This document shows positions 55,176 to 64,000 of a stretch of DNA of 64,000 bases, piece by piece (position 1 is the stretch's first letter; each line of letters starts with the position of its first letter). Location of the stretch: assembly GCA_963783375.1 (NCBI GenBank), contig CAWANH010000029.1, positions 704,001 through 768,000 on the forward strand, read 5' to 3'. Below the pieces are notes generated by a model. That model did no database searches, had not been told where the DNA came from, and saw nothing but the letters and a program-made list of their open reading frames with translations. Source of the DNA: Candidatus Eiseniibacteriota bacterium. Its GTDB lineage: Bacteria > Eisenbacteria > RBG-16-71-46 > JABDJR01. The translations under genes and the position numbers were made by a program.

Positions 55176-57506
55176 TCAGATCCGGCGCGCCACCTCCTCG
55201 ATGGTGTAGGCCTCGATGATGTCCTTTTCGTGGACGTCGTCGTGGCCCTCGAGGCTGATGCCGCACTCGTAGCCCTGGGTGACCTCGCGCACGTCCTCCT
55301 TGAACCGCTTCAGGTTGGCGATGCGGCCGTCGTACACCGTTTCGTCGTCCCGCAGGAGCCGAACCCGATGGGATCGGGAAACGGTCCCGTTCAGGATGTA
55401 GCAGCCCGCCACCGTCCCCGCCTTGGTGACCCGGAAGGTCTGGCGCACCTCGGCCCGGCCGTGCACCTTCTCGACCTCTTCGGGCTTCAGGAGGCCGGAG
55501 AGGGCGCTCTTCACGTCCTCCACCGCCTCGTAGATGATGTTGTAGGCCCGCACGTCCACCTCGGCGCGCTGGGCCGCCAGCTGGGCCTTCGGATCGAACC
55601 GCACGTTGAATCCGATGATCACCGCGTTGGAGGCGTCGGCCAGGAGCACGTCGGACTCCGTGATCTGGCCCACTCCGGAGTGGAGCACCGTGCACCGGAC
55701 CTCGTCGGTTCCGAGGGTTCCCAACTGCTCGGCCAGAACCTCCACCGAGCCGGCCACGTCGGCCTTGATGATGAGCCGGAGTTCCCTGACCTCGCCCTTT
55801 TCCATGAGCTCGTGGAAGCCCTGGAGAGAAACCCTACGATCTCGCATCTGCTGCTCGGCCTCGCGGGCCAGAAGCTTCCGCTGCTGTCCCACTTCCTTGG
55901 CCTGGGCCTCGTTCTCGGTGGCGGCGAACACGTCGCCGGCCATCGGAGGGCCGGACCAGCCCATGACCTCCACCGGGACCGAGGGCCCCGCGGACTTCAC
56001 GCGCTTCCCGCGCTCGTTGGCCATGGCCCGCACCTTCCCGTACTCCTTCCCGCATACGAAGGGATCGCCGCTCTTGAGGGTCCCGTTCTGGACCAGCACC
56101 GTGGCCACGGTCCCACGCCCCTGCTCCACCCTGGACTCGATCACCACCCCTCTCGCGCGGCGGTTGGGATTGGCCTTGAGCTCCAGGACGTCGGCCTGGA
56201 GGAGCAGCAACTCCAGCAGGTTCTCCACGCCGATGCCCTTCTTGGCCGAGATCTCGGCGCAGGGGACCTGCCCCCCGAACTCCTCGATGAGCACCCCGCG
56301 GCTGGCGAGATCCTGTTTGACCATGGCGGGATTGGCCTCGGGCTTGTCGATCTTGTTGATCGCCACCACGACCGGAACCCCGGCCGCGCTGGCATGGTCG
56401 ATGGCCTCCACGGTCTGGGGCATTACCCGGTCATCCGCCGCCACCACCAGGATAACGATGTCGGTGGCCTGGGCCCCGCGCGCCCGCATGGCGGTGAAGG
56501 CCTGGTGACCCGGGGTGTCCAGGAAGGTCACGCTCCGGTTTCCGGGCAGCTCCACCTCGTAGGCGCCGATGTGCTGGGTGATCCCGCCCTTCTCCCCCGC
56601 CACCACGTTGGCCTTGCGTACGTAGTCCAGGAGCGAGGTCTTGCCGTGGTCCACGTGACCCATCACGGTGACCACCGGCGGCCGCGGCACGAGATCCTCG
56701 GGACGATCCTCCTCCACCGCTTCCTCGATCTTCTGCTCGCCGAACTCGGTCTCGAACTCGATCGTGTAGCCGAACTCGAGGGCCACCATTTCGATGGTGT
56801 CCTTGTCCAGGCGCTGGTTCTGGGTGGCCATGACCCCGAGGCCCATGAGCTTGCTGATGATCTCGGCGGGTTTCAGGTGCAGCTTTTCCGCAAGCTCGGC
56901 CACGCTGGCCAGCTCCGGGATCCGCACCAGATCCTGTTGCTCCTGGGTGGCCACGCTCCCGGTCGCGGCGGGGGCGGGACGAGCGGCGGGAGTGGAGGGA
57001 GCCGGCGTCGACGGGGGCGGGGTGACCGTCTTCTTCTTGAAACGCTTGACCTTCCCCCCGGACTCGAGGTCGGCCAGGGTCTTCTTGACGCTGTCCTGCA
57101 CCGTCTTGTGATCCACCGGTTTCCGGCGGACCCGTTCCACCTTGGGCTTGGGCTTTTCCACGGCTTCGGGAGCCGCGGGCGCTTCCGCGGCCGGGGGCTC
57201 GACCGGGGCCTCCGGCGCGGCGGCCTTGGGGGGAGCGGCCGGAGGCGTCGGGGGCGCGGCAGGCCGCTTGGGCTCGGTCGCCCCTCGCTCCAGCGCGGCC
57301 TTGGCCTCCTGCTTCCGGGCGTCCTCTTCCTGGACCGCCTTCTTCTCGTCCTGGAATCTCTGCCGAACCAGGTCCACCACCGACGGATCCAACGTGCTCA
57401 TGTGGCTCTTGGCGGGCGCACCTAGCCCATCGAGGATTCCCAACAGGGCCTCGCTGGACACGTTGAAGTCCTTGGCTACCTGGTAGACACGCAACTTATC
57501 GGTCAA
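55176..57506 (-). CDS. infB: Translation initiation factor IF-2
   Basis: RPPVVTVMGHVDHGKTSLLD, GGITQHIGAY, DTPGH.AF..MRARGA, NKID and IIKADV.GS.E motifs; TTG start. Confidence 0.98.
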   Translation of the reverse strand: MTDKLRVYQVAKDFNVSSEALLGILDGLGAPAKSHMSTLDPSVVDLVRQRFQDEKKAVQEEDARKQEAKAALERGATEPKRPAAPPTPPAAPPKAAAPEAPVEPPAAEAPAAPEAVEKPKPKVERVRRKPVDHKTVQDSVKKTLADLESGGKVKRFKKKTVTPPPSTPAPSTPAARPAPAATGSVATQEQQDLVRIPELASVAELAEKLHLKPAEIISKLMGLGVMATQNQRLDKDTIEMVALEFGYTIEFETEFGEQKIEEAVEEDRPEDLVPRPPVVTVMGHVDHGKTSLLDYVRKANVVAGEKGGITQHIGAYEVELPGNRSVTFLDTPGHQAFTAMRARGAQATDIVILVVAADDRVMPQTVEAIDHASAAGVPVVVAINKIDKPEANPAMVKQDLASRGVLIEEFGGQVPCAEISAKKGIGVENLLELLLLQADVLELKANPNRRARGVVIESRVEQGRGTVATVLVQNGTLKSGDPFVCGKEYGKVRAMANERGKRVKSAGPSVPVEVMGWSGPPMAGDVFAATENEAQAKEVGQQRKLLAREAEQQMRDRRVSLQGFHELMEKGEVRELRLIIKADVAGSVEVLAEQLGTLGTDEVRCTVLHSGVGQITESDVLLADASNAVIIGFNVRFDPKAQLAAQRAEVDVRAYNIIYEAVEDVKSALSGLLKPEEVEKVHGRAEVRQTFRVTKAGTVAGCYILNGTVSRSHRVRLLRDDETVYDGRIANLKRFKEDVREVTQGYECGISLEGHDDVHEKDIIEAYTIEEVARRI

Positions 57507-57592
57507 GACTACCCCTTTTCTCTCTTATCTCGGGCCGCCGGGAAACGCGGTCACGGTCCGCCGCGTTCGTTCATCCCGACCATCATTTCAAA

Positions 57593-59268
57593 CTAACTCC
57601 CGGTCGGACCTTCTTCAACCGCCACGCTGGCGCTTCCGTCGGGATGGGGGCGCTCGTCATCCTCGTCCTCGCCCTCGCCGTCCGGTTCCGCCACGCCCTC
57701 CGAGTCCCCTTCTTCCCCCGCTCCGACCACGATCCCGGATTCCTCGTTCCCGTTCTCATCGGAGGTCACGGTGTCCACCTCATCCGCGCCGCTCTCCGTC
57801 GCCACAGGATCGGCGGCGCCGGCATCCAGGCTCTCTTCGTCCTCTCCGACCACCGCCTCCGCCTCACCCTCTTCATCCGCCTCGCTGGTTTCCGTTTCAC
57901 TCGCCTTCGGTTGGGGCACCAGATCGGGGCCCTCCTCCTCCGGACGGGAACCGAACACGGGAGCCTCCTGGTCCTCGTCGTCCTCCGTCACCCCCGCCGC
58001 CGCCGCCTTGACCGCGGCCGCCGAGCGGGCGTTGGCCAGGGCGGCCAGGGCCACGCCGTAGAGACGTTCCGCGCTGTTCTCCCCCAACCCCTCCACTTCC
58101 ATGAGTCCGTCCAGGCCGCGGGTCTCGATGTCGAGGGCGGTGGTGATCCCCGCCGTTCGCAGCGTTTCCAGCACCCCCTCGTAGATGCCCTCCAGATCCT
58201 CGATAGCTACGTTGGCCTCGGCGGCGGCGGCCTTGGCCTGGAATTCGCTCTCGGAGTGGAGTTCGATCTTCCACCCGGTGAGCTTGGCCGCCAGCCTCAC
58301 GTTCTGACCCTGCTTGCCGATGGCCAGGGAGAGCTGATCGTCGGCGACCACCACCGTTACCTTGCGATCCTCCTCGTCCACCCGGGCGTCCATGGCCTTG
58401 GCCGGACCCAGGCTTCGGGAGACGAATGCCACCGCGTCGGAGGACCACGGCACGATGTCGATCCGCTCCCCCCCAATTCCTTCACGATCGACTGGACCCG
58501 CGAGCCCTTGATGCCCACACAGGCTCCCACCGCATCGATTCGACTGTCGTTGCTCAGCACCGCGATCTTGGAGCGGAACCCCGCTTCCCGGGCCACCGCC
58601 CGCACCTCGACCACCTTGTCCGCGATCTCCGGCACTTCGGCCGCGAACAGCTTCACCAGAAAATCGGGATGGGTGCGGCTCAGGATCACCTGGGGGCCGC
58701 GGGCCTCCTTGTCCACCTTGATCACCAGCGCCCGCACCATCTCGCGCTGGCGGAAGCGGTCCCGGTGCATGACCTCGCGGGCGGGAATGATGGCCTCGGC
58801 GGTGTCGAGCTTGAGCACGATGTTGCCCCGATCCACCTGCTGGACCACCCCGCGCACCACATCCCCCACTTTGTCCGCGAAATCCGAGTACACCCGCTCG
58901 CGTTCCGCTTCGCGGACCCCCTGAATGAGCATCTGCTTGGCGGCCTGGATGGCGTTCCGGCCGAACTCCGAGATATCGAGGGGAATCGTTATCTCGTCTC
59001 CGACCGAGGCGTCCGCCTTCAGCGCCCGGGCCTGGACGGAGGTCATCTCCAACCCCCGGTCCGAGACCTTCCCCACCACGGTCTTGGTCATCCACATCTC
59101 GATGCCGCCCCGCCCTTGATCGAAGTTGACCGTGATCTGGGCGTTGATCCCGTACTTCTTCTTCGCCGCGGACAGGAGGCTTGCCTCCAGGCGATCCACC
59201 AGGATCCGGAGATCGACCCCCTTCTCCCGGGCGATCTGGCTCAACGCTTCAATGATGTCGTAGTTCAT
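57593..59268 (-). CDS. nusA: Transcription termination factor NusA, apparent frameshift at 58468-58474
   Basis: FGR.A.Q.AKQ, LSRTHP, EVPEI and AVGACVG.KGSRVQ in one frame; ERIDIV.W and QLSLAIGK.GQNVRLAAKLTGWKI in the next; adding one G to the G7 run gives KELGGERIDIV. Confidence 0.95.
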
Positions 59269-59316
59269 GCGCTTCCTCTTCGGGCGTCCGGTCGTCCGTC
59301 CAACCGCTCCCGCGCG

Positions 59317-59814
59317 CTATTCGGGCTTCGTCCGCTTTTCGGGACCCCGTTCCCACGGATCCCGCTTCAGGTGCGCCTTCTTGATGGCGCCGAGCGGAAC
59401 GGCCACTACATCCCCCGCCTCGGTCCGCAGGAGGACCTCCTGCCGGTCCTCGTCGTACCCCGCCAGCACCCCGAGATGGTTGTGCCGGCCATCGATCTTC
59501 TCGTAAGTGGAAACCTGCGCGGTCTCCCCTTCGAACCGCCGGTAGTCGGCTGGCCGCTTGAGCGGCCGGTCCACTCCGGGACTCGACACCTCCAGGACAT
59601 AGTGGCCGGTCAGGATCCCCTTCGCGTCGAAGTGATCCCCGACCGCCCGGCTCACCCGGGCGCAGTCCTCCAGGGAGACCCCCTCCCCGGCGTCCACGAA
59701 AATTCGCACCACCAGGCCGCGAGACGATCCCGTGCACTGCACGTCCACCACCTCGTACTCGCTCGCCGCCAGCAGCGATTCCACTTCCTCCTGGATCTTC
59801 GCGGTTCTGTCCAC
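59317..59814 (-). CDS. rimP: Ribosome maturation factor RimP
   Basis: RIFVD...GV.LEDC..VS and YVLEVSSPGVDRPL motifs. Confidence 0.95.
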   Translation of the reverse strand: MDRTAKIQEEVESLLAASEYEVVDVQCTGSSRGLVVRIFVDAGEGVSLEDCARVSRAVGDHFDAKGILTGHYVLEVSSPGVDRPLKRPADYRRFEGETAQVSTYEKIDGRHNHLGVLAGYDEDRQEVLLRTEAGDVVAVPLGAIKKAHLKRDPWERGPEKRTKPE

Positions 59815-59920
59815 CGACGAACCTCTACGGCAGCACGAGCAGCCAGCTTTTCAACTGGCTGCCCCACCGCGACTTACGTTCTCGAGGCATCGACCTGCGC
59901 TACGAAGCCCAAAACGAAAC

Positions 59921-59945
59921 CGAGTGGACATAGTTTGCCCACTCG
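59921..59945 (-). promoter_or_regulatory. rimP leader hairpin (attenuator-like)
   Basis: Minus strand CGAGTGGGCA-AACTA-TGTCCACTCG followed by GTTTCGTTTT; resembles the conserved GAGTGGG...CCCACTC rimP/ylxS leader. Confidence 0.7.
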
Positions 59946-59954
59946 TAGCTCACG

Positions 59955-59984
59955 ACCTTACACCCGACGCCCCGGACTTCGCAA
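59955..59984 (-). promoter_or_regulatory. Sigma70-type promoter of the rimP-nusA-infB operon
   Basis: Minus strand TTGCGA-N18-TAAGGT directly upstream of the leader hairpin. Confidence 0.45.
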
Positions 59985-60038
59985 GGGGGGTTGATTTTGA
60001 CCGGGGAGGATTCACCCATGGGTTCAACCCATGGACCG

Positions 60039-60063
60039 CAACCCATTGAAAATCAATTAGTTA
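60039..60063. promoter_or_regulatory. IHF-like binding site (two antiparallel consensus matches)
   Basis: AATCAATTAGTTA (60051-60063) is an exact WATCAANNNNTTR match; TTTCAATGGGTTG lies on the opposite strand. Confidence 0.55.
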
Positions 60064-60067
60064 AGAT

Positions 60068-61039
60068 TCAAGGGCGGGCGGCGAGGGAGAGCACCACCCG
60101 CCCCACCGAGCCCAGGGAGCGGGCGCTCACCGCCCCGAGGTCGTCCCGATGGGTGTGCCAGTACGGGTATTCGAAATCGATCACGTCCACCGCGGGGAGG
60201 CCGGCCTCGATGAGCGGCATGTGGTCGTCGTAGACGTAGATTCCCCCCTCGGTGGAAAAGACCTCGGGGGCCAGGGCCACTCCCCGCGACCACACCCAAT
60301 CCACGACCTGGGGGGCGCGTGAGTAGGAATAGCCCTCCACCGGAATCCGGAGATCGGCGTCCCCCACCATGTCCAGGACCACCGCGCGCCGGTAGGCTTC
60401 CAGACCCCGAGCGGCAAAACGGCGGGTCCCCCGGCAGTAACCCTCCGGATCCCCCTCCCGTCCAAGGTCCTCGCCGTCGGTGAAGAAGAGATCCACCCCC
60501 CGGGGAAGCTCCCGGCCCATCAGGTTCCGCGCCACCTCCAGAAGCACCGCGACCCCCGACGCGCCGTCGTTGGCCCCGGGAATGGGCCGGTTCCGCCGGG
60601 TGGAGTCGGGGTCCTCGTCGGCCCAGGGACGGCTGTCCCAATGCGCGACCAGGAGCAGCCGCCCGCCTCCCGGGGGTCCGAAGCGTCCCACGACGTTCAT
60701 CAGGGGCCAGCTCACGCCCTCCGAATCGGAATAGGTGAACTCGTCGCGCTCCACCCGGGCGCCGTAGCGACGCAGCTGGGCGACCAGCCACTCGCCGCAC
60801 TCCCGGTGGGCCCGCGTGCCCGGTACCCGGGGCCCGAACGCCACCTGCCGGGCCAACTTCACGAACGCGGAGTCGGCATCGAACGCGTATCCCGGATCGG
60901 GCGCGGGATCGGAGACGGTTCGGGGCGGCGCCGCGGTCGTCCCCGCCGCACCGCTCGCACCCGCCGATGCCCCGGCGCGCCCTCCGTCCCCGCCGCAGGC
61001 GGTAAGGGCCATCAGGAGCAGGAGCCATCGCGCGCGCAT
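60068..61039 (-). CDS. M28 family lipoprotein, glutaminyl-cyclase-like
   Basis: Lipobox LTAC, QVAFGPRVPG...H, AHWDSRP.AD, GANDGASGVAVLLE, DGED.G, LDMVG, DDH.P and YWHT..D motifs. Confidence 0.85.
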   Translation of the reverse strand: MRARWLLLLMALTACGGDGGRAGASAGASGAAGTTAAPPRTVSDPAPDPGYAFDADSAFVKLARQVAFGPRVPGTRAHRECGEWLVAQLRRYGARVERDEFTYSDSEGVSWPLMNVVGRFGPPGGGRLLLVAHWDSRPWADEDPDSTRRNRPIPGANDGASGVAVLLEVARNLMGRELPRGVDLFFTDGEDLGREGDPEGYCRGTRRFAARGLEAYRRAVVLDMVGDADLRIPVEGYSYSRAPQVVDWVWSRGVALAPEVFSTEGGIYVYDDHMPLIEAGLPAVDVIDFEYPYWHTHRDDLGAVSARSLGSVGRVVLSLAARP

Positions 61040-64000
61040 CAGAAGTTGAATCCGGTGGTGAAGGAAATCCCCAGCGAACGCTGGGTCCAGTGCTTGGTGA
61101 GGTCGCGGTTCTGGGCGAAGTTGAGGCCGAATGTCCCGGACATGGTGCGGGTGAACTTGAGCGACGTGTTGAGGCGGAGCTGGAGGTTGTCGGTGGACCG
61201 GTCGTTGGGACTGATTCCCGAGGTGCTGCGCGTGGCGTTGGACTGCTTGCTGTAGGTCCCGTCCACGGTAAGGTCGATGTCCTTGCCGGACCCCGGCCCA
61301 CCCCGGGTGAAGCGCTTCCCGAGGGTCAGGTTGTAGCTCACCGTGGTCTGATCGCTGGTCAGTCCCGCGCTCCCCTCGCGTTGGCTCTCGGTGGTGGTGG
61401 AGCTCCGGTTGGCGGCGAAACTCGTTCGCCAGTTCCCCTTCAACGTGCCCTGGATGCTCACCAGGGGGCGCCAGTTCCGGGTGATGGAGATCGATTCGTT
61501 CGGGTTCAAGTCCGTCCCGCTCTTCCGGGTTTGCCGGCTGAAGGTGGTGGACACGGTGCGGAAATCGGTGAAGATGGTCCGGATCAGGGGCAGCCGCTTG
61601 TGAATGTCCCCCCAGTTGAACCGGATTTCCGGCCAGGTGGTGTTGTCCTCCACCCGCCCCACACCGTTGTTGGTGCGGTTCATGTCCTTCTGCTTCTGGA
61701 AGGAGAAGTCGAGCGTCACCTTGCTCAGGAGCTTGACGTTGCCGTTTCCCCGATAGGTCTGGGTCTCACCGAAGGTCTGGTTGAAGGGGGCGCGACCCAC
61801 CGGCTGGACGCTGGATCCCAACCCCACGTCCCGGGTGAGTCCAAGCCGGTAGGCCAGGGGGGCGTCTCCGTGGATCCCGGTGTACGAGCTGCGGCGGCCG
61901 AACGTGGCCGAGGTTTGGATGTCCGAGAGCACGATGTAGCGGGTGAACAGGGAGCGTAGGCGATCCCCGGTCCCCGGCCCCTTCGGCTTCTCCGGCTCTC
62001 CCCCGTGCGCGGTGTCGGCGGGGGCGGTAACCCCGCCCGGGGGCGGGGGTGCTCCGCGTCCCTGACGGTTCTGGCTCGCGGCCGGCGGGCGGGGGAGCGT
62101 TTGGGTCTCCGACGACGACCCCAGGAGCTTCTTCACCGCGTGCCCCAGGGGAAGGGTCAGGACGAGGTTCGCGTTGTTGCCGTTCGAGAGCTCGATCACC
62201 GTGCTGTCGAAGTCCGCCCGGGTCAGGTTCGGATCCGAATTCCGGTTGTAGTTGCTGCTCCACGCGAACCTCGGCCGCAACGCGCCCATCAGCGGGGGGG
62301 TGTAGTTGAAGTTCGTGCTCTGGGATTGGTGGGTCTCCCGTCCGGTGTTGAGCCCGAAGAAGGACCCCTGCGGTCGCTGCAGACGCACGATGGAACTGTC
62401 CGGTCCGAAATGGTCGTCGATCAGGTCCCGGGTGGAGTTCCAGCTCCACCCGAGGAGGCCGCCCAGTGGCTGGAAACCGGTGGAGAGGGTCAGAATCCCG
62501 GTCCGGCTCTTCGATTGGTTGGCCAAGCTGAGCATCTCTGGATTTCGTTCGTCCCGTGAGTAGTGGAACTGCTCGGACGTCCCCCCGGCCAGCCCCAGGT
62601 TGAAGCTGGTCGGCCAGGGGCGGACGCTCACCCGATTGAAAACCCGGAGGGGATGGATCTGGGAGATACCGGGGGAATAGCTGAAATTCCCGTTGACCCG
62701 CTTGGTGCTGTCTACCTGGGTCACCCCCAGGTTGTAGCTCGAGGAGGCCGACCCTCCCAGGTTCATGGCGTCCAGCGTGTAGTGCACGAGCGCCGGGCTG
62801 TAGCCCTGGGGGTCGCGGCCCAGGGTGAGCGATACGTCTTTCTGGCCCTGTTCGGTGATGTCCCGCCCGCTCCCCCCGCCCTTGAACTCCACGTCGCTGT
62901 TGGGAATGAACTTGGGAGTCTGGCGGTCCCGTTTGTAGTTGAAGCGGAGAGGCGCCCGGAGTCGCAGGGGATCGGCGAACTTGTTCAGATTCACCTGGGT
63001 TCCGAAGTTGTAGCTGAGCTGGGTGGTCCCCGAGCCGCGCGTCTGACCGAGGCGCAGGAAGTCGGCCGACGTGGTGGAGACCGTGGCCTGGAGGCTGGCC
63101 AGATCGGCCAGGGTCACGTTTACCGCGGCCCGACCGGCCACGCCCGCCTCCTTTCGCACCGCTCCCATCCGGAGCTCGTCGAACCACACCGTGCCCTTGG
63201 GGATCTCGTGGCCGGACTTGTTGCGTAGCCCGACGCTGAGTCGACGCACCCGGCTGAAGGAGGGCAGACCCCGGACGGTGACATAGAGCCCGTTCCCGAT
63301 GTCGGCGGGCGCGGAGTGGACGCTCTCCGACGCCCCGGTTCGAATGAACTTGTCGTGGCCACCGCCTCCGTAGCCTCCGGGAGGCGGTGGCGCGGAGGGC
63401 GGCCCGCCGACCAGGAACGAGTCGGCGGGAGTCCCCGGAGGCGCGTTCAGCTTGAGCCGGCTCAAATCGGTGAGCTTGAACCGGAGATCGAGCCAGTGGT
63501 CGGCGCGGAGACGGGGGTCGTCCCGGGTGAGGGTGGTGGAGATCTCGTAGTAGGACAGGGTGTCGGTGGCGGCGTTGCTGCCGAATCGGAGATAGAACTC
63601 GACGGAGTCGTCCGGCGACTCGAACTGGGGGCTCACGTAGTAGGCCACCACCTGGTAAAGGGTGTAGTCGGACGAGGTCTGGACCGGCCGGTAGGCCTGG
63701 AGCTCGTTGCCATCCCGGAAGTTCTCGTACTCCAGGGAGATGCTCTGTTCGCGTTCCTGCACGCTGTTCACCCGCTGGATCCCGAACGGCGGCTGGTAGT
63801 TCGAATTCTCCTTGTTGTTCACCACCGCGACGTTGAAGAGTTCGTCGGAGGCCAGCTCGGTGGAGGGGGCGACCTGCCAGCGGTTTCCCACCACTTCGAT
63901 GCCGGCGATCTGGATGTCCAGGGTATCCGGATCCCCCGAAGGTTGGTCGCCGACCCCCCGGAACCAGACCCTCATGTGCTGGACCGCGGTGAAGTCCACC
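61039..64000 (-). CDS. sprA: SprA/Sov-like large outer-membrane beta-barrel (type IX secretion translocon), 5'-partial
   Basis: F..V..MRVW..G, EQSISL, RFG......YYE, V.G.PS...V.....G.RN, VWFDELR and L(A)DL pattern typical of SprA; long amphipathic beta strands; C-terminal Phe (GFNF). Confidence 0.7.
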   Translation of the reverse strand, partial: VDFTAVQHMRVWFRGVGDQPSGDPDTLDIQIAGIEVVGNRWQVAPSTELASDELFNVAVVNNKENSNYQPPFGIQRVNSVQEREQSISLEYENFRDGNELQAYRPVQTSSDYTLYQVVAYYVSPQFESPDDSVEFYLRFGSNAATDTLSYYEISTTLTRDDPRLRADHWLDLRFKLTDLSRLKLNAPPGTPADSFLVGGPPSAPPPPGGYGGGGHDKFIRTGASESVHSAPADIGNGLYVTVRGLPSFSRVRRLSVGLRNKSGHEIPKGTVWFDELRMGAVRKEAGVAGRAAVNVTLADLASLQATVSTTSADFLRLGQTRGSGTTQLSYNFGTQVNLNKFADPLRLRAPLRFNYKRDRQTPKFIPNSDVEFKGGGSGRDITEQGQKDVSLTLGRDPQGYSPALVHYTLDAMNLGGSASSSYNLGVTQVDSTKRVNGNFSYSPGISQIHPLRVFNRVSVRPWPTSFNLGLAGGTSEQFHYSRDERNPEMLSLANQSKSRTGILTLSTGFQPLGGLLGWSWNSTRDLIDDHFGPDSSIVRLQRPQGSFFGLNTGRETHQSQSTNFNYTPPLMGALRPRFAWSSNYNRNSDPNLTRADFDSTVIELSNGNNANLVLTLPLGHAVKKLLGSSSETQTLPRPPAASQNRQGRGAPPPPGGVTAPADTAHGGEPEKPKGPGTGDRLRSLFTRYIVLSDIQTSATFGRRSSYTGIHGDAPLAYRLGLTRDVGLGSSVQPVGRAPFNQTFGETQTYRGNGNVKLLSKVTLDFSFQKQKDMNRTNNGVGRVEDNTTWPEIRFNWGDIHKRLPLIRTIFTDFRTVSTTFSRQTRKSGTDLNPNESISITRNWRPLVSIQGTLKGNWRTSFAANRSSTTTESQREGSAGLTSDQTTVSYNLTLGKRFTRGGPGSGKDIDLTVDGTYSKQSNATRSTSGISPNDRSTDNLQLRLNTSLKFTRTMSGTFGLNFAQNRDLTKHWTQRSLGISFTTGFNF

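Noticed and set aside
57593-59268. nusA as a pseudogene or programmed frameshift
   Set aside because: It is a generally essential gene with both halves fully conserved, and it shows the same G7 signature as two other genes, so a sequencing error is far more likely.
1-64000. Many long overlapping or antisense ORFs in the six-frame track (e.g. 7350-9134 -, 49857-52163 +, 55230-57425 +, 15450-17543 -)
   Set aside because: These are shadow frames of real genes caused by high GC3 and stop-codon scarcity. Their translations are Arg/Pro/Gly-rich or mirror-frame sequences with no motifs.
1-64000. CRISPR arrays, tRNA/rRNA, IS elements, integrases, prophage or known defence genes
   Set aside because: No regularly spaced repeats, cloverleaf/T-loop signatures or transposase, integrase or phage motifs were seen on either strand.

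Overview
High-GC bacterial chromosomal segment from a diderm organism. It carries LPS heptose genes, a SprA-like translocon, DUF4388 and sigma54 activators, which by inference points to an FCB-related lineage such as Ca. Eisenbacteria/Latescibacterota. About 52 genes lie here, mostly on the - strand. (i) An LPS inner-core/GT-C cluster and a CtpA protease. (ii) Two tandem sigma54 enhancer-binding proteins and, 5 kb away, a lone PilX-like pilin behind a GG-N10-GC sigma54 promoter. (iii) tldD/pmbA, czcD and a K+ channel. (iv) An operon encoding PTS-IIA, a mini C4 zinc-ribbon protein, ThrC, GAF-PP2C and a ThrC-like enzyme. (v) A 16-kb surface-polysaccharide locus with a Walker-A-defective tyrosine kinase and an unexplained Pol-beta nucleotidyltransferase + cytoplasmic phosphodiesterase pair. 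(vi) The rimP-nusA-infB-rbfA-truB-ribF-rpsO-pnp housekeeping operon. (vii) The 3' part of a sprA-like gene coupled to a glutaminyl-cyclase-like M28 lipoprotein. Three genes, including nusA, are split by G7 runs that each lack one G, most likely long-read homopolymer errors. No rRNA, tRNA, CRISPR array or mobile element was recognised. All product calls come from motif reading by eye; no database search was run.
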